Assembly (NCBI RefSeq): GCF_902713615.1
Contig: NC_052156.1
Coordinates: 32,534,776 to 32,598,775, forward strand
Reading direction: 5' to 3'
Length of the DNA: 64,000 nucleotides
Origin: Scyliorhinus canicula
Lineage: Eukaryota
Position 1 is the stretch's first letter. Each line of letters opens with the position of its first letter. The translations under genes were made by a program, and so were the position numbers. Below the pieces are notes generated by a model. It did not search any database, was not told the origin of the DNA, and saw only the letters and a program-made list of their open reading frames with translations. Of this stretch, positions 13,658 through 25,399 are shown one piece after another.

Positions 13658-13884
13658 TTAAAAAAAAATTTAGAGTTCCCAATTCATTCTTTTCCAATTA
13701 AGGGGCAATTTAGCGTGTTTAATCCACCTACCCTGCACATCTTTGGGTTGTGGGGGCGAAACCCACGCAAACACAGGGAGAATGTGCAAACTCCACATGG
13801 ACAGTGACCCAGAGCCGGGATCGAACCTGGGACCTCGGCGCCGTGAGGCAGCAATGCTAACCACTGTGCCACCGTGCTGCCCCT
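13658..13884 (-). mobile_element. Short A-tailed V-SINE
   Basis: 13-bp TSD AAGCCTATCATTT (13645-13657 and 13885-13897). Highly similar to 12617-12874. Confidence 0.9.
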
Positions 13885-16084
13885 AAGCCTATCATTTAAG
13901 CTGACCTGTGGACAGACATCCTGCTAAAAAACTATGTTGGGCCTGAATTTTACATACCCCCGAAGGCGGGCTTTGAGGTCAGGGGGCTAGCTGGAGGAAC
14001 CATGAAATTGCATGGATGGGATTCCCTCTGGGATCCCACCTGCCCTGACTCGGATGTGAGTTTACAGTGAGGCGGGCAGGGACTTGGACAGGAAGCCCAC
14101 CCAACCCCTATTAAGGCCCTTCAGTGGCCAATGATTGCCCATTTTTCTTTCCAGCCTAAATTTTCAATAGAAAAAGGTAATAATCCATCATGAAACATAA
14201 GGCGCTGAAAATCCCCCCCCCCCCCCGTTCGCTGCAAATGGGAGTTGATTTTCCCAAAAGCAACATTCAAGTTCAAACAGATTGTTTGAAACTGAATGTT
14301 GCTGTTGGGAAAAGTGCCTCCCTTGTGCAGATATTCCAAGAACAGGCTAATTGACACTAAAGGCTGGACTTTTGGCTACAGAGACAGATAGCTCAAATCA
14401 TAAAATTTGCCGACTATTTCGACACATCTTGGCAAAATGTGCCCCGAGTCATAAGATTTTCGCAAGGGTTGGGGGTCCTCAGAAGCAGAGCGTAGGTGGT
14501 CATGGGGGCGGGCAAGAGTGCTGAGTGCTTTTGTAATCAATCACTTGTAGCTCGGTAACTGCAGCCAGTTTCTTTTTACAGTTTTAAGAGCAGTGGATTA
14601 TTTTTTTAAAGAAACAGTGAAACAGAACGTATCCACTCTTCAAGAACCTTTGCATTTACTCCATAACTTTGTGACCCCCCCACATTGTGGGTTAAGGCCC
14701 TTGCAACAACCAAATGGGGTCTGTTTGAACGCAGCACTAAGCTGAGGTGGCACAACTGAGTTTGGATTTCCCTTCCGTGTGAATTACACCCGTTCGTCTT
14801 TCCACTGCCAGCAAGAACGGGATCTGTCAGAAAGGGGTGGGACCACCGCACCCAGGTCCCACCTGCCATTTTTAAGGGTCTGTGGAGTTGGGTAGGCTCT
14901 GCACAAATCTGATCCTAATTCTATTCACATTTATTTTGTTGAATGGGTTTGATGAGACGCAGGCGATCGTCTTGGCTAGAGTTTCACCCCTGCAGTGAAG
15001 ATGAAAAATTACCCCAATTTGTTACAGCAGAAGTTGAAAATAAATCACAAAGTAGCTGAAGAAATTGCATATATTTTCAAAATAGAGGATGCCAGCTTTT
15101 CTTTATGAGGAGATGGCCCATAATTTCAATTGGGAACACAAAATATCCTGTGACGTCAACCTGATGGGCTAAGTAATAACACAGATGGTCCTAGTTGGCA
15201 GGCTTGAAAAGAACACTGTGTTGGAAACAATACCGTGGCTCTGAAGCTGTCTTCAGGTGGAACTCAATGAAAGGGAGAGGAGAAAATATTCTTCTTGGCA
15301 CGGGATTCTGAGAAAACCAGTGAAAAATGTTTTTTGATGTACATTGTAAAAAATCCTGCAGTAATCCAGCTCATTAACATGATTGTAATTGTACGTCGGA
15401 TGACAGATCTGAGGAGCAAAAGTATACACAAGATTGGTTTTCTCAGTTTAGAAAGCCAGAAAAATGGAGAAACTATACATTTTAAGGGCTGTAAAGAAAA
15501 CAATTAAAATCGAACCAGACCTTAGAAACATGTAGATGAAAGGCGGACAGGGCAACAGATACCCATGAGCGAGACCTAGCGGCCCCGTTCACCACAGGCG
15601 CAAATCTTGTTACGGCTGCGAAATTGTGATTTGAGATCTCCGGCCCGCTTCCTCCCCCCCCCCCCCCCGTACCCCGAAAGAGAGCCTCGATGACAGCATG
15701 GGGTGAGAGTAGGTGCCCCAATGCTTGGGGTAGATTGGGTGGGTGGGGGAGGGGGGGGGGGGGGGAAACTTGGTGTCCATGGAGGGCTCCAGATGTCTGT
15801 TGTTAGGGTGGGAGGAGGAGGTGGGGGGCTTAGATGTAACTTTGGGATTGGTCATCTCAGAATCCCAGCTTTGCCGGCGTGTTTAGGCCCTAACATCCAG
15901 CTGCCTGTGTGATCCTCGCCAGACTTGAAATTACAGTTTGAGAGTGCTGTTAAATCAGGCGACAAAGGGCATCTGTGAAGCCAACGAATTTTACACAGCT
16001 TTCCTAGCCTCATTCAGCAATCTGCAAGTTTGGGAAAATTCCGCTCCGTGACTCAGGATAATTTCTTACAGAATCATATTTATA

Positions 16085-16368
16085 ATAATCTTTATAAACA
16101 TATTGTCACAAGTAGGCTTGCTGCAATGAAGTTACTGGGAAAAGCCCCAAGATGCCACACTCCGGCGCCTGTTCGGGTCCACTGAGGGAAAATTCAGAAT
16201 GTCCAATTTTAGGACTGTGGGAGGAAACCGGAGCACCCGGAGGAAACCCACGCATACACAGGGAGAATGTACAGTCTCCGCACAGACAGTGACCCAAGCC
16301 GGAAGCAAACCTGGGACATTGGCGCTATGAAGCAGCAGTGATATCCACTGTACTACTGTTCCTCCCAT
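16085..16368 (-). mobile_element. V-SINE head with an alternative tail (...CCGAACAGGCGCCGG...CTACTTGTGACAATA)
   Basis: Head and V-domain as in the other V-SINEs. Tail shared with the SINEs at 55430 and 61199. Confidence 0.8.
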
Positions 16369-16394
16369 TTTCGCCTATTTTCTTGTTAAATACA

Positions 16395-16687
16395 TTCAGT
16401 GACTCAGCCTCACCAACCTTTTGTGGCTTAGAATTCCACAGGTTCACCACCGTCTGAATGAAGATGGTTCTCCTCATCTCAGTCCCAAATGGCTGACTCT
16501 GTATATTGAAACTGTGACCCCCCTAGTCCTTAACCCTCCAGCCAGAGGAAACATCATCCCTGCATCCAGTCTGTCCACCCCTGTCAGAATTTTATACGTT
16601 TAAATTAGGTCCCCTCTCATTCTTCCAAATTCTAGTGAATACAGGCCAAGTCAACCACATTTCTCTTCATACGACTATCCTGTCATC
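16395..16687 (-). mobile_element. CR1 ORF2 3' fragment
   Basis: Reverse complement resembles 62400-62570 (gaattccacaggttcaccac, tccagtctgtccacccc). Confidence 0.7.
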
Positions 16688-17619
16688 TGAGGGACCTAAA
16701 ATAAATACACCAGCGAAGAGATCTACCATGTGTGAAGTCTTGTAACACTAAAACTCAGTAGAAATTTGAGTTAAACGTCTCGGATGCAAACAAGAATCTT
16801 TTATTGCCTCTACTTGATTACAATTGAGAGAAACTTAAATCTATTCTCAATAAAGTCCGGCTAGCAAAGGACTTAAAGAGAAGTAACTTAGAAACAATTT
16901 AACTTTCAAAATAATACAGAAATGGTTTCTTGCTTACGTCAAAACAGCTTGCATTTACTTCAAGAGTTAGAGTAGAAAAGTGAAAATATGAAAATAGAGA
17001 TAACGAATAGTTAGATCAAAGTATAGAATGATCCCGGAAAAAAGATGGCCGTGCGGACCATCATGTTTAAAGAGAATTTTATCAGTCTGAAGCTATCTGT
17101 CTACACCTCTATGTTGTCCTAATTGGTTTGGGTGAGAATCAAATACATTTGATTCGATGGTTGACTGTCAATCCTCAATGTGCAACATAAGTTGTGAATG
17201 TTTCATGTTTGAATATTTGTATATGCTATGGAATGCGATTTTGTGCTATTATCAAGACTGATTTTCACTGGTTTTCTGCTGACTTTGCTTTATCCATATT
17301 TTGAACAATGGTGCCTTCATATTACTATGGTGCGTACTTCGACCTTAATCTTGATTACTGCTACAGCTTAATTCTTATTGTCAAACTGACTTTGAAAATC
17401 TGTTTATTAGAACAATAGCTTGTTCTAAAATGTTGTTTTAATCTACAATTAGTTTATGCATGTGTCAGGCTTTTGTACTTCTGTTGAAGTTATGTGTTTT
17501 GTCATGGCCTGAGGTTACGAGTGGTGAAATACTTATTTTAAAATGGGTATTAAAACTGGGCTTTAATATTTACATTAAAATAGCCTTTTTGCCTATAAGA
17601 AAATAGTTGATTACTATCA
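16688..17619 (-). mobile_element. Putative solo LTR
   Basis: TGA...TCA ends that abruptly truncate a CR1. On the minus strand a CCAAT (17122-17126) precedes AATAAA (16800-16805). No clean TSD. Confidence 0.4.
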
Positions 17620-18904
17620 ACCAGTCCTAATAAAATACATCGTCATGTGAGAGCATCTGAAGCAAGGAACACTGAATATAACTGTGTGAAAAAGACAGGC
17701 CCTTTTGCTTCCAAAACAACAAGCGATCAGACTTCAAAGATGGTTCATTGGTCGCAAAGTGCTTCAAGACATCCAAAGGATGTGAACGACACTATATGAA
17801 TGGAAGTCCATTCCCATCGTCAATGGATGATCAAATGCTGGGAAATGAAAAGCACCCTTCTGTTTAAAACCTAGCTGATTTAAATTGAACTTGGCGTCAC
17901 AAAATCCTCTTCTTTCTTGCTATGTGAAGATTGTTTAACTCAGAAAGGAGAAACGTTGATGAAAATACAACCAACCAGGGCTATTTTGCAAAAACTGGTC
18001 TGTTGTATTTAGGTTTGAACTATTACAAAAAAAAATGAAATTCTTATTTTCAGTGTGGAGCAATTTTCCCAATGATCTCCACACTGACAGTAATGGATTA
18101 GCAGTCGTACAGATAGAATAGAGTAATGGAAGCAAACTTGTGTAGCCCAGGCTGGTTTCAGATGTTCCATTGTTTTTGAATGAGCCGTGATGAAGACAGA
18201 TGGAAGGAACATTTGTTCTTGTACGGAATAACGGAAAAAAGGCGGCGTTTTTATCCTCAGATGGCTGTAAAGTGTTCTCAGCCGTTAGCTCTCACATTTT
18301 CCCATATTTGTCATTTTATGAAATTCATGCTTTCCAATAAACACGTTTAGCGCCAGCACTGGAAAAGAGCTGCATCTGAAAACTATTTTCCTGCAAAGTC
18401 ACAGTCTATAAAAGAAATAAAACACAAACGAATAAGTTTAAGTCAATGAGTTGCATGTGGGGATTATCTTAAATTCTAAAGAATCACATCATACTGAAGA
18501 CCATTAGTCATATATTCCTAGTTTAGCTGTAACAAAGAAGTCACGTCAGTGTGTTTGCAACAGTTCCACATTATTTCTAAGCTCGGATGGGTTACACCCT
18601 TTTGTGATATGAGACATGGAAGTCAGATGCACGATAACATCTCATGATTTGAAAGGAAATGATGGAATATGCAACAAATCAAGAACTTGCATCATGACAA
18701 GGGGAATAAAAACTCAAAGGTGCCTTTATGTAGAACCTTCTGTTGTGAACTTGGGCATGCAGCCTGCCTGGCCTGTGTAAAAGTTGTTGGGGCTGGTGAA
18801 TGCTGGGAGAAGAGACAGACTGGTGCAATGGGTTGACACTGCCCATTGTCTTGGGAATCTGTTGCAGCATCAGCTAATGGAATAAAATGTCTTCCATCTG
18901 TACA

Positions 18905-19935
18905 AATCATAGAATCCCTGCAATGCAGAAGGAGGCCATTTGGCCCATCGAGTCTGCACTGCCTCTCTGAAAGAGCAACTTAACCAGGCCCACACCCCTG
19001 CAACTGGGGGCGGCACAGTGGTTAGCACTGCTGCCTCACAGGGCCAGGGACCTGAGTTCAATTCTGACCTTCGGTGACTCTGTGAAGTTGCACATTTACC
19101 TTGTGTCTGTGTGGGATTCCTCCGGGTTCTCCGTTTTCCTCCCACAGTCAAAAGATATGCAGATTAGGTGGATTGGCTAAATTGCTCCCTAATACATAAA
19201 AATGTGCATGTTAGGAAGGGTTACAGGGATAAGGTGGGGGGTGGGCCTAGGTAGGGTGCTCTTTCTGCTGGTTGGTGCAGGCTCAATGGGCTGAATTGCC
19301 CCCTTCTTCACTCTAGGAATTCTATGGTTCTATGGTTCTAGAGGGCAGCACGGTAGCATTGTGGATAGCACAATCGCTTCACAGCTCCAGGGTCCCAGGT
19401 TCGATTCCGGCTTGGGTCACTGTCTGTGCGGAGTCTGCACATCCTCCCCGTGTGTGCGTGGGTTTTCTCCGGGTGCTCCGGTTTCCTCCCACAGTCCAAA
19501 GATGTGCAGGTTAGGTGGATTGGCCATGATAAATTGCCCTTAGTGTCCCAAATTGCCTTTAGTGTTGGGTGGGGTTACTGGGTTATGGGGATAGGGTGGA
19601 GATAGGGTTGACTTTAGGTAGGGTGCTCTTTCCAGGAGCCGGTGCAGACTCGATGGGCCGAATGGCCTCCTTCTGCACTGTAAATTCTATCTATCTATCT
19701 ATGATTATAACCCTGTAACCCCATCTAACCTTTGGAGACTAAGGGGCAATTTAGCATAGCCAATCTACCTAACCCGTATATCTTTGGGTTGTGGGAAGAA
19801 ATCGGAGCACTTGGAGGAAACCCACGCAGACACGAGAAGAGTGTGCAAACTGCATGAAGTCACCCAATATCGGAATCAAACTCGGGTCCCTGATGCGGTG
19901 GGGCAGCAGTGCTAACCAATATGCCTTCATGCCGC
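18905..19935. mobile_element. Nested V-SINE cluster: antisense host split by two tandem sense copies (about 19008-19340 and 19343-19703)
   Basis: Host tail at 18905-19000 and host body at 19705-19935. Inserts end in (TCTATGGT)n and (CTAT)n tails. Confidence 0.85.
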
Positions 19936-20599
19936 CGTTGAATTCCACCAGCTGCCATGGTGGAATTTGAACCCATGATCCCAGAACATTAGCCTTGGCC
20001 TCTGGAGAACTAGCCCAGTGACATGACCATCTCCTCAGTAAGTTTGCCCCATGAAATGATTTTGAATGGTCTCAACCCACGGGATTAATTTTAATCATGC
20101 TTGGGTTTTAGGATGTCAGGGTTGGAAAGCCAGGATGAGTGTGAAACATTCTCACTGGCTCAAAGAAGCAATCGGACCCCACAAAGAAAATGTTTTTACT
20201 TAACCAGAGAAATTTCATCCACCTGCTTCAGCTTGACGGGGCTCAGGTCCCAGTTAAAAAGCCATTTTTGTCCGGTTGACATTTTAGGACCCAATTAGCT
20301 CTTATATCTGAGTGTGTGGGTGTCCCATCTGCCATTCAAGTCAATGGCATTAAAATTGAAGCTCACAGGGAACTGGATGGGTCGTGGAGTTGCTCCGTTT
20401 TAACTGCTTGCCCATTTTGTTTCCATCAAGCAGAGTGAGTTATGGGTCCGCAATATTAAATTGATGCTGATTTGACAATAATTAGAAATCAATTATTACT
20501 ATTGTTTAGAGACCAACGGGCTAGTGCTAGAGGAAATTGAAATTTCACACAGTCAGTGTTCGTGGGGAAAACAAGAGTGTTTTCTCTTGTTAGCCAGTT

Positions 20600-22060
20600 C
20601 CTTGAGGTAAAGGATGATTTGCTTCCAATTTGATTCGATGGGCTCTGAAATTGCCGATAAATCTAAGGTACGAGTTGCAGACTTGGCTACATTTAGGGCA
20701 GGTATTACTTGGAGGATTGGACAGGTGAATTGCTTGGAAGCTTGTGCACTCCGTTGCCTCTGGCGGGAATATGCCTCTGATGAAGTTTATCGATGTTTTC
20801 AGTGCCTTCCCAAATTAACATTCTCTATTTTGGTTGGTCACAAGTTGGTGTGGATGTTTGACCGCTTTAGAGATGTTTTGAGGACATCCCTGAAGCATTT
20901 CCATTGTCCTCCGTGTAGTCTCCTGCTTTGACCAAGTTCCACGCAGGGCAGTTGCTTTGGGGAGTCTGGTATACGCCAGGTATATGAACAACATAACCCA
21001 ACAGAGTTGGTTTTGAACGATCAGTGCCTTGGTGTTGGGCTTAGGAGAGGGCATTGCTGTTAGACCACTTTTCTTGCCACTGGATTTGTGAAGGCATCAC
21101 TGGGGATACTTCCTCTGTGCTTTGAAGTGTCTTTTGCAGGTTGTCCAACACGGTACCGAAGCATAGAGGCAGGTTTTCCACCCAACCCACCTCGACACCT
21201 GGCAGCCACTGCATTCATTCTGGTGCAGCAGGTCCAACTTCATATCCTGCTTGCTTCTCCCCCACCCACCCCGGATGAAAATCTGACCTGCGGATGGCCA
21301 TATTTAATGGTCGAGTACGTGGAGCCAGAATTCTCCCATCTCTGCGTCTGACCAACAAAAATATGGTCCTACATCAGCTTTCATCAAGGCTCCCAAGATC
21401 TGAAACCATTTTTCATGATCTCACTATTGATCTTAAATGATGGTGGGTGGGCAAGGCAAGGAGGTATTACGTGATGGGAGCTGTTTGGAAGGGGACCTTA
21501 GTTTTCCAGGAGTTTAGTGAAAGGTCCATTTTCTAATATGCTTCAGGAAAGAGGTGAACAGTGTTCTGGAGCTCAGTTTCTGAGTGAGGGCACACACAAG
21601 AGGTATCTGCATCCTGGAGCTCAATGACTTCAGAGTGATTTTGGTTTTGGATTGAAAGCGATGTAAGTTGAACAGTTTCCCGCCTGCTCTGTAAATTGTT
21701 TCCACATCGGTGGGTAATTTGCTGGAGGTGAGGTGCAGTATTGCAGGGAGGAAGATGGAGAAGAAAGTTGGTGCGATGACACAGTCTTGTTTGAGCCCCT
21801 GTCTTCGCTAAGATAGGTCTGTGGTGATTCTGTTTGTGAGCATCACAGCTTGCATGCCAGTGTGATGTAAGTGGAAGATAGTGCCAAATTTCTGAGGGCA
21901 ACCAATTTTCAGGGAGATACTGCATAAGCCCTTATGGTTGACAGAGTCAAAGACATTTGTGAGGTCAAAAAAGGCCTTGCGCAGTGGTTGTTGCTGTTCC
22001 ATACATTTTTCTTGGATTTGCCAAGCAGTGATGATCATGTCTGTGGTGCCTCTCAATAGG
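20600..22060 (-). mobile_element. Degraded RTE-clade LINE (reverse transcriptase and 3' region)
   Basis: RGTTDMI...QIQEKCMEQQQPL..AFFDLTNVFDSVN..GL...L.KIGCPQKF and YRAGGKLFNLHRF are RTE-type RT motifs. Confidence 0.8.
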
Positions 22061-22361
22061 CTAAAGGTGCAGTGTCATTCTTTAGTCTGCAGTCAAATGT
22101 AATCATAAATTACCCAAAAAGCTGATCAGGACAAGCTTGATGCTGACATTGAAAGCTAAAAGCAGAAAGTGCATGGCTTCATAGATCAGAAAAGAAATAC
22201 ATTCTGGGCGAGACTTTCAAATTGTTCAACAACACACTGTTTTAAATATTAGTCATTTGAAGTGAATATGTTTCCTTACATACAGTGCATAGAATACAAA
22301 TACCGAATGATGTGATCAGAATTTTTCATAACCCTTTTGTGTAACCATTTATAATAGTAAT

Positions 22362-22575
22362 TAGAACAATAGAATTCCTACAATGCAGAAGGAGGCCATT
22401 TGGCCCATCATGTCTATGCCAACTCTTTGAAAGAGCACCCTGCCTAGGCCCATTCTCACGCAGACATGGGGAGAAGGTGCAAACTCCACACAGTCACTTG
22501 AGGCCGGAATTGAACCTGAGCCCCTTACGCTGTAAGGCAGCAGTGCTAAATGATGACTGTGCCACCATGCCACCC
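22362..22575 (-). mobile_element. Internally deleted V-SINE
   Basis: CR1-type tail joined directly to the tRNA head. Confidence 0.75.
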
Positions 22576-22755
22576 AAATTCTCATATGTAAGCTGTTGCC
22601 TGTTGCTGCTGAGTTTTTTCATAGAAGGAATTTCTGAGTTTCTCAGAGTGATCAAGCAACTGTGGCAGTAGTTTTGGTTGTCCCACTTATAATGTGCTTC
22701 ACCACATTTCTCCTGGAGTTTTCAAGGTAAATAGTTGATTGTATTTGTTCCTTAG

Positions 22756-22962
22756 TTTTAGAAACAGAGAATCTTAAGGAAGCTCTTTCTTTGAGTGAAG
22801 AAGAGGCTGAATTCAACTTCATAACCGATGATGAGTTAAATGAATGCTCGATGTATCCTGGACAATTGTGCCAGCATTTCTGCATCAAAACAACAGAATC
22901 ATACGAGTGTACCTGCTTCCCAGGATATATTTTACAAACAGATGGACGAACCTGCAAGTCAG
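22756..22962 (+). CDS. FBLN2: Fibulin-2-like exon: linker plus EGF1 (VLETENLKEALSLSEEEAEFNFITDDELNECSMYPGQLCQHFCIKTTESYECTCFPGYILQTDGRTCKS)
   Basis: Acceptor gttccttag and donor G/gtgaga. 207 nt, phase 1-1. EALSL and PGxLCQHxC...CFPG..LQxDGRTC are typical of fibulin-2. Confidence 0.93.
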
Positions 22963-23238
22963 GTGAGAGGAATCTATATTTATTGTCGCCATTACAGCTC
23001 AAGCTGTATTCAGCATTGCACATTTCATGGAAAAATCAATTTATCCTTCGTTCTAAGGCAGTCAGTGCCTGATTAAGGATCCGGGCATAAAAATGGGGTT
23101 TCTGCTGAGAACTACTCCCCTTCCCTTGCCTCAACTCCCTTTCCCCTAAAGCTCCCCCCTCCCTCATGACCCACATCACACAACCCCCATCCCACCATCA
23201 CACACCTGAGACCTGTGTCGCTTGGTAACGGGCATGGA

Positions 23239-23555
23239 CATAGAATTTACAGTGCAGAAGGAGGCCATTCGGTCCATCAGTATGCACCGGCCCTTGGAAA
23301 GAGCACCCCACTTAAGCCCGCACTTGTAACCCAGCAACCCTACCCTTTGGGCACTAAGGGGCAATTTAGCATGCCCAATCCACCTAACCTGCATGTCTTT
23401 GGACTGTGGGAGGAAACCGGAGCACCCAGAGGAAACCCATGCAGACACGGGGAGAATGTGCAGACTCCGCACAGACAGTGACCCTAACCGGGAATCGAAC
23501 CTGGGAACCTGGAGCTGTGAAGCGACAGTGCTACCCACTGTGCTACCGTGCCGCC
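23239..23555 (-). mobile_element. Full V-SINE (HE1-like) with CR1-type tail
   Basis: Reverse complement closely matches 19343-19690. Confidence 0.9.
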
Positions 23556-24242
23556 AGTGATCCTGGCACTGTTAAGTTACGTACACGTCAACCACGTCTC
23601 TGGGATGGCAACAACATCATAACTCCATGTGTCAATACTGGCCCTTAGTTCATCTGCCTCACCTATGATACTCCCGGGAATTAAAGTAGAAGCCATCCAG
23701 TCTCGCCTTACTCCATTGAAACTCCCATGCTGTGCCCCTACTGCATTAACATTCTATGTCCTCTCCCCCTGCCGAACTAGTTTAAATCCCTCCCAACATG
23801 AGGCTCTGCTGGCTCTCCAGCCAGTGGCAGTGACCCCTATTGGCTGTATTTAATAACACCCTTTACAATTACACCGTTCCTGTTCTCCATTAGGAGTAAA
23901 TGACCTAACATGGTATAGCAAGCAATGAATCCTTGACTAATTTATATACCTGTGCTCCCCTGATGCTTGGTTAGATAAAGGACATCTTTCTAGGGTATTG
24001 TCAAGTGCTTGGGGTGAAGTTGGGCTGCAGATCATATTAATAGGTGTGGAATAATTCAATGTGTCTTTTGTGAAGTTTATCACCATGAGGCATTGTGCTT
24101 GTGTTAAATAACGATTAGAGTGCCTTAATCTGCACAATCTGATGTGGGGTAAGTGGGGGGTTGGTGTCGGGGGGGAGTTCCTACACTTGCTGTACTGCCT
24201 GATTTAAATCAGCATAGTGAAATGGAAATGATAGAAGATAAG

Positions 24243-24868
24243 GGGTGGGAATCTCCGTAGCCCAACGCCGAAATCAATAACGGCGATCGGGCGGAGAATG
24301 GCTCCTGATGCCGAAATCGGAGCAGGTCTGGTTTAACACCAGTTCGCAATTCTCCGCACCCTTCAAATCTGCAGTCGCAACCCCATTGGAGCGCCATCAG
24401 TCTGCCCACCCGCGACACTCTGCCTCCAATGGGCCGAGTTCCCGACGGCGCGAGCCACGTGCAATCCCAGCAGTCGGGAGCCTGGCGTGCCGGCGTGCGG
24501 ACAGTGTCCAGCACCGCCACACTCAGCCAACATCCATGCCGGTGGCTGGGGGGCTTCTGCTCGGGCTGGGGGGAGTGGAGTGGGGGTGGCCAGGGGCGGG
24601 GTGGGCAGGTATGCCCAGCACAGTCGGCGTGACCTGTGCGTGTGTGCGGGATGTAGGCGTGCCCGGCTGCAGCTTGTCAGCCCTGCACATATACGTCCTG
24701 GGACCAGGCCATTTCCCGCAAGTTCCGTGGGTGTTTCATGCGGCGCCGATGCTAGCCCCTCACCGGTACCACAATCGGTGAGGGTTTCGCGCCGATTTTC
24801 CCGTTGTGAAACACCACGGATCCTCCGTTGGCGCCGGCACTTAACCTCATAAACGGAGAATCCATCCC
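24243..24868. mobile_element. MITE with imperfect terminal inverted repeats (GGGTGGGAATCTCCG ... CGGAGAATCCATCCC)
   Basis: Inverted termini visible. Sharp GC-rich island in AT-rich intron. Confidence 0.75.
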
Positions 24869-25399
24869 AAGATATATAACATTGTCATACTAGTACTTTA
24901 TAGTGGCATTTTTGTGATAAGGCAGAAGTGACGGCAGAAAATTGGGCAGATGAGAGGTGGGTGAAGATCCAGAAAACCCCACTCCCTCCTTCAATGCCCG
25001 GAAATGATAAGGCATAACTCAGAAAATGTAGGAGTTTCTGTCTGTTTTTAATAAAAATTAGCACAATTTTGCTTGTATCCTCTGCAGGATTTAGAATGTG
25101 TGAAGATACATGCTAACTAAAATTATGATTTGTACCATAGCCAGACAGATGGTAACAATTGGAGATTTTTGTTTTGACTTAATAATTACCTTTTCCTTCA
25201 TACTTTACATAAGGTTAAATTAATTACATTGTCAAGAGAGTGCTGCGTTATCTCAAATTTCCCCTTTCTTGGTGATTGGATTGCCCATTGTAAATTTTGA
25301 AGGCTGATCTTTGTTCTGAATGGTTAACCAATGTTAAACAGCTTGAGACTGTCTGCACTTAGTTAAGTGCCCTAACACATTAGCTGTAAGAAAAGTTTC

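Noticed and set aside
19343-19420. tRNA-like sequences with A and B boxes
   Set aside because: These are SINE heads that run on into V-domain and tail, not tRNA genes.
25088-25120. Strong acceptor-like site (ttgtatcctctgcag) followed by Cys-containing codons
   Set aside because: In-frame TAA after a few codons and no fibulin-like pattern.
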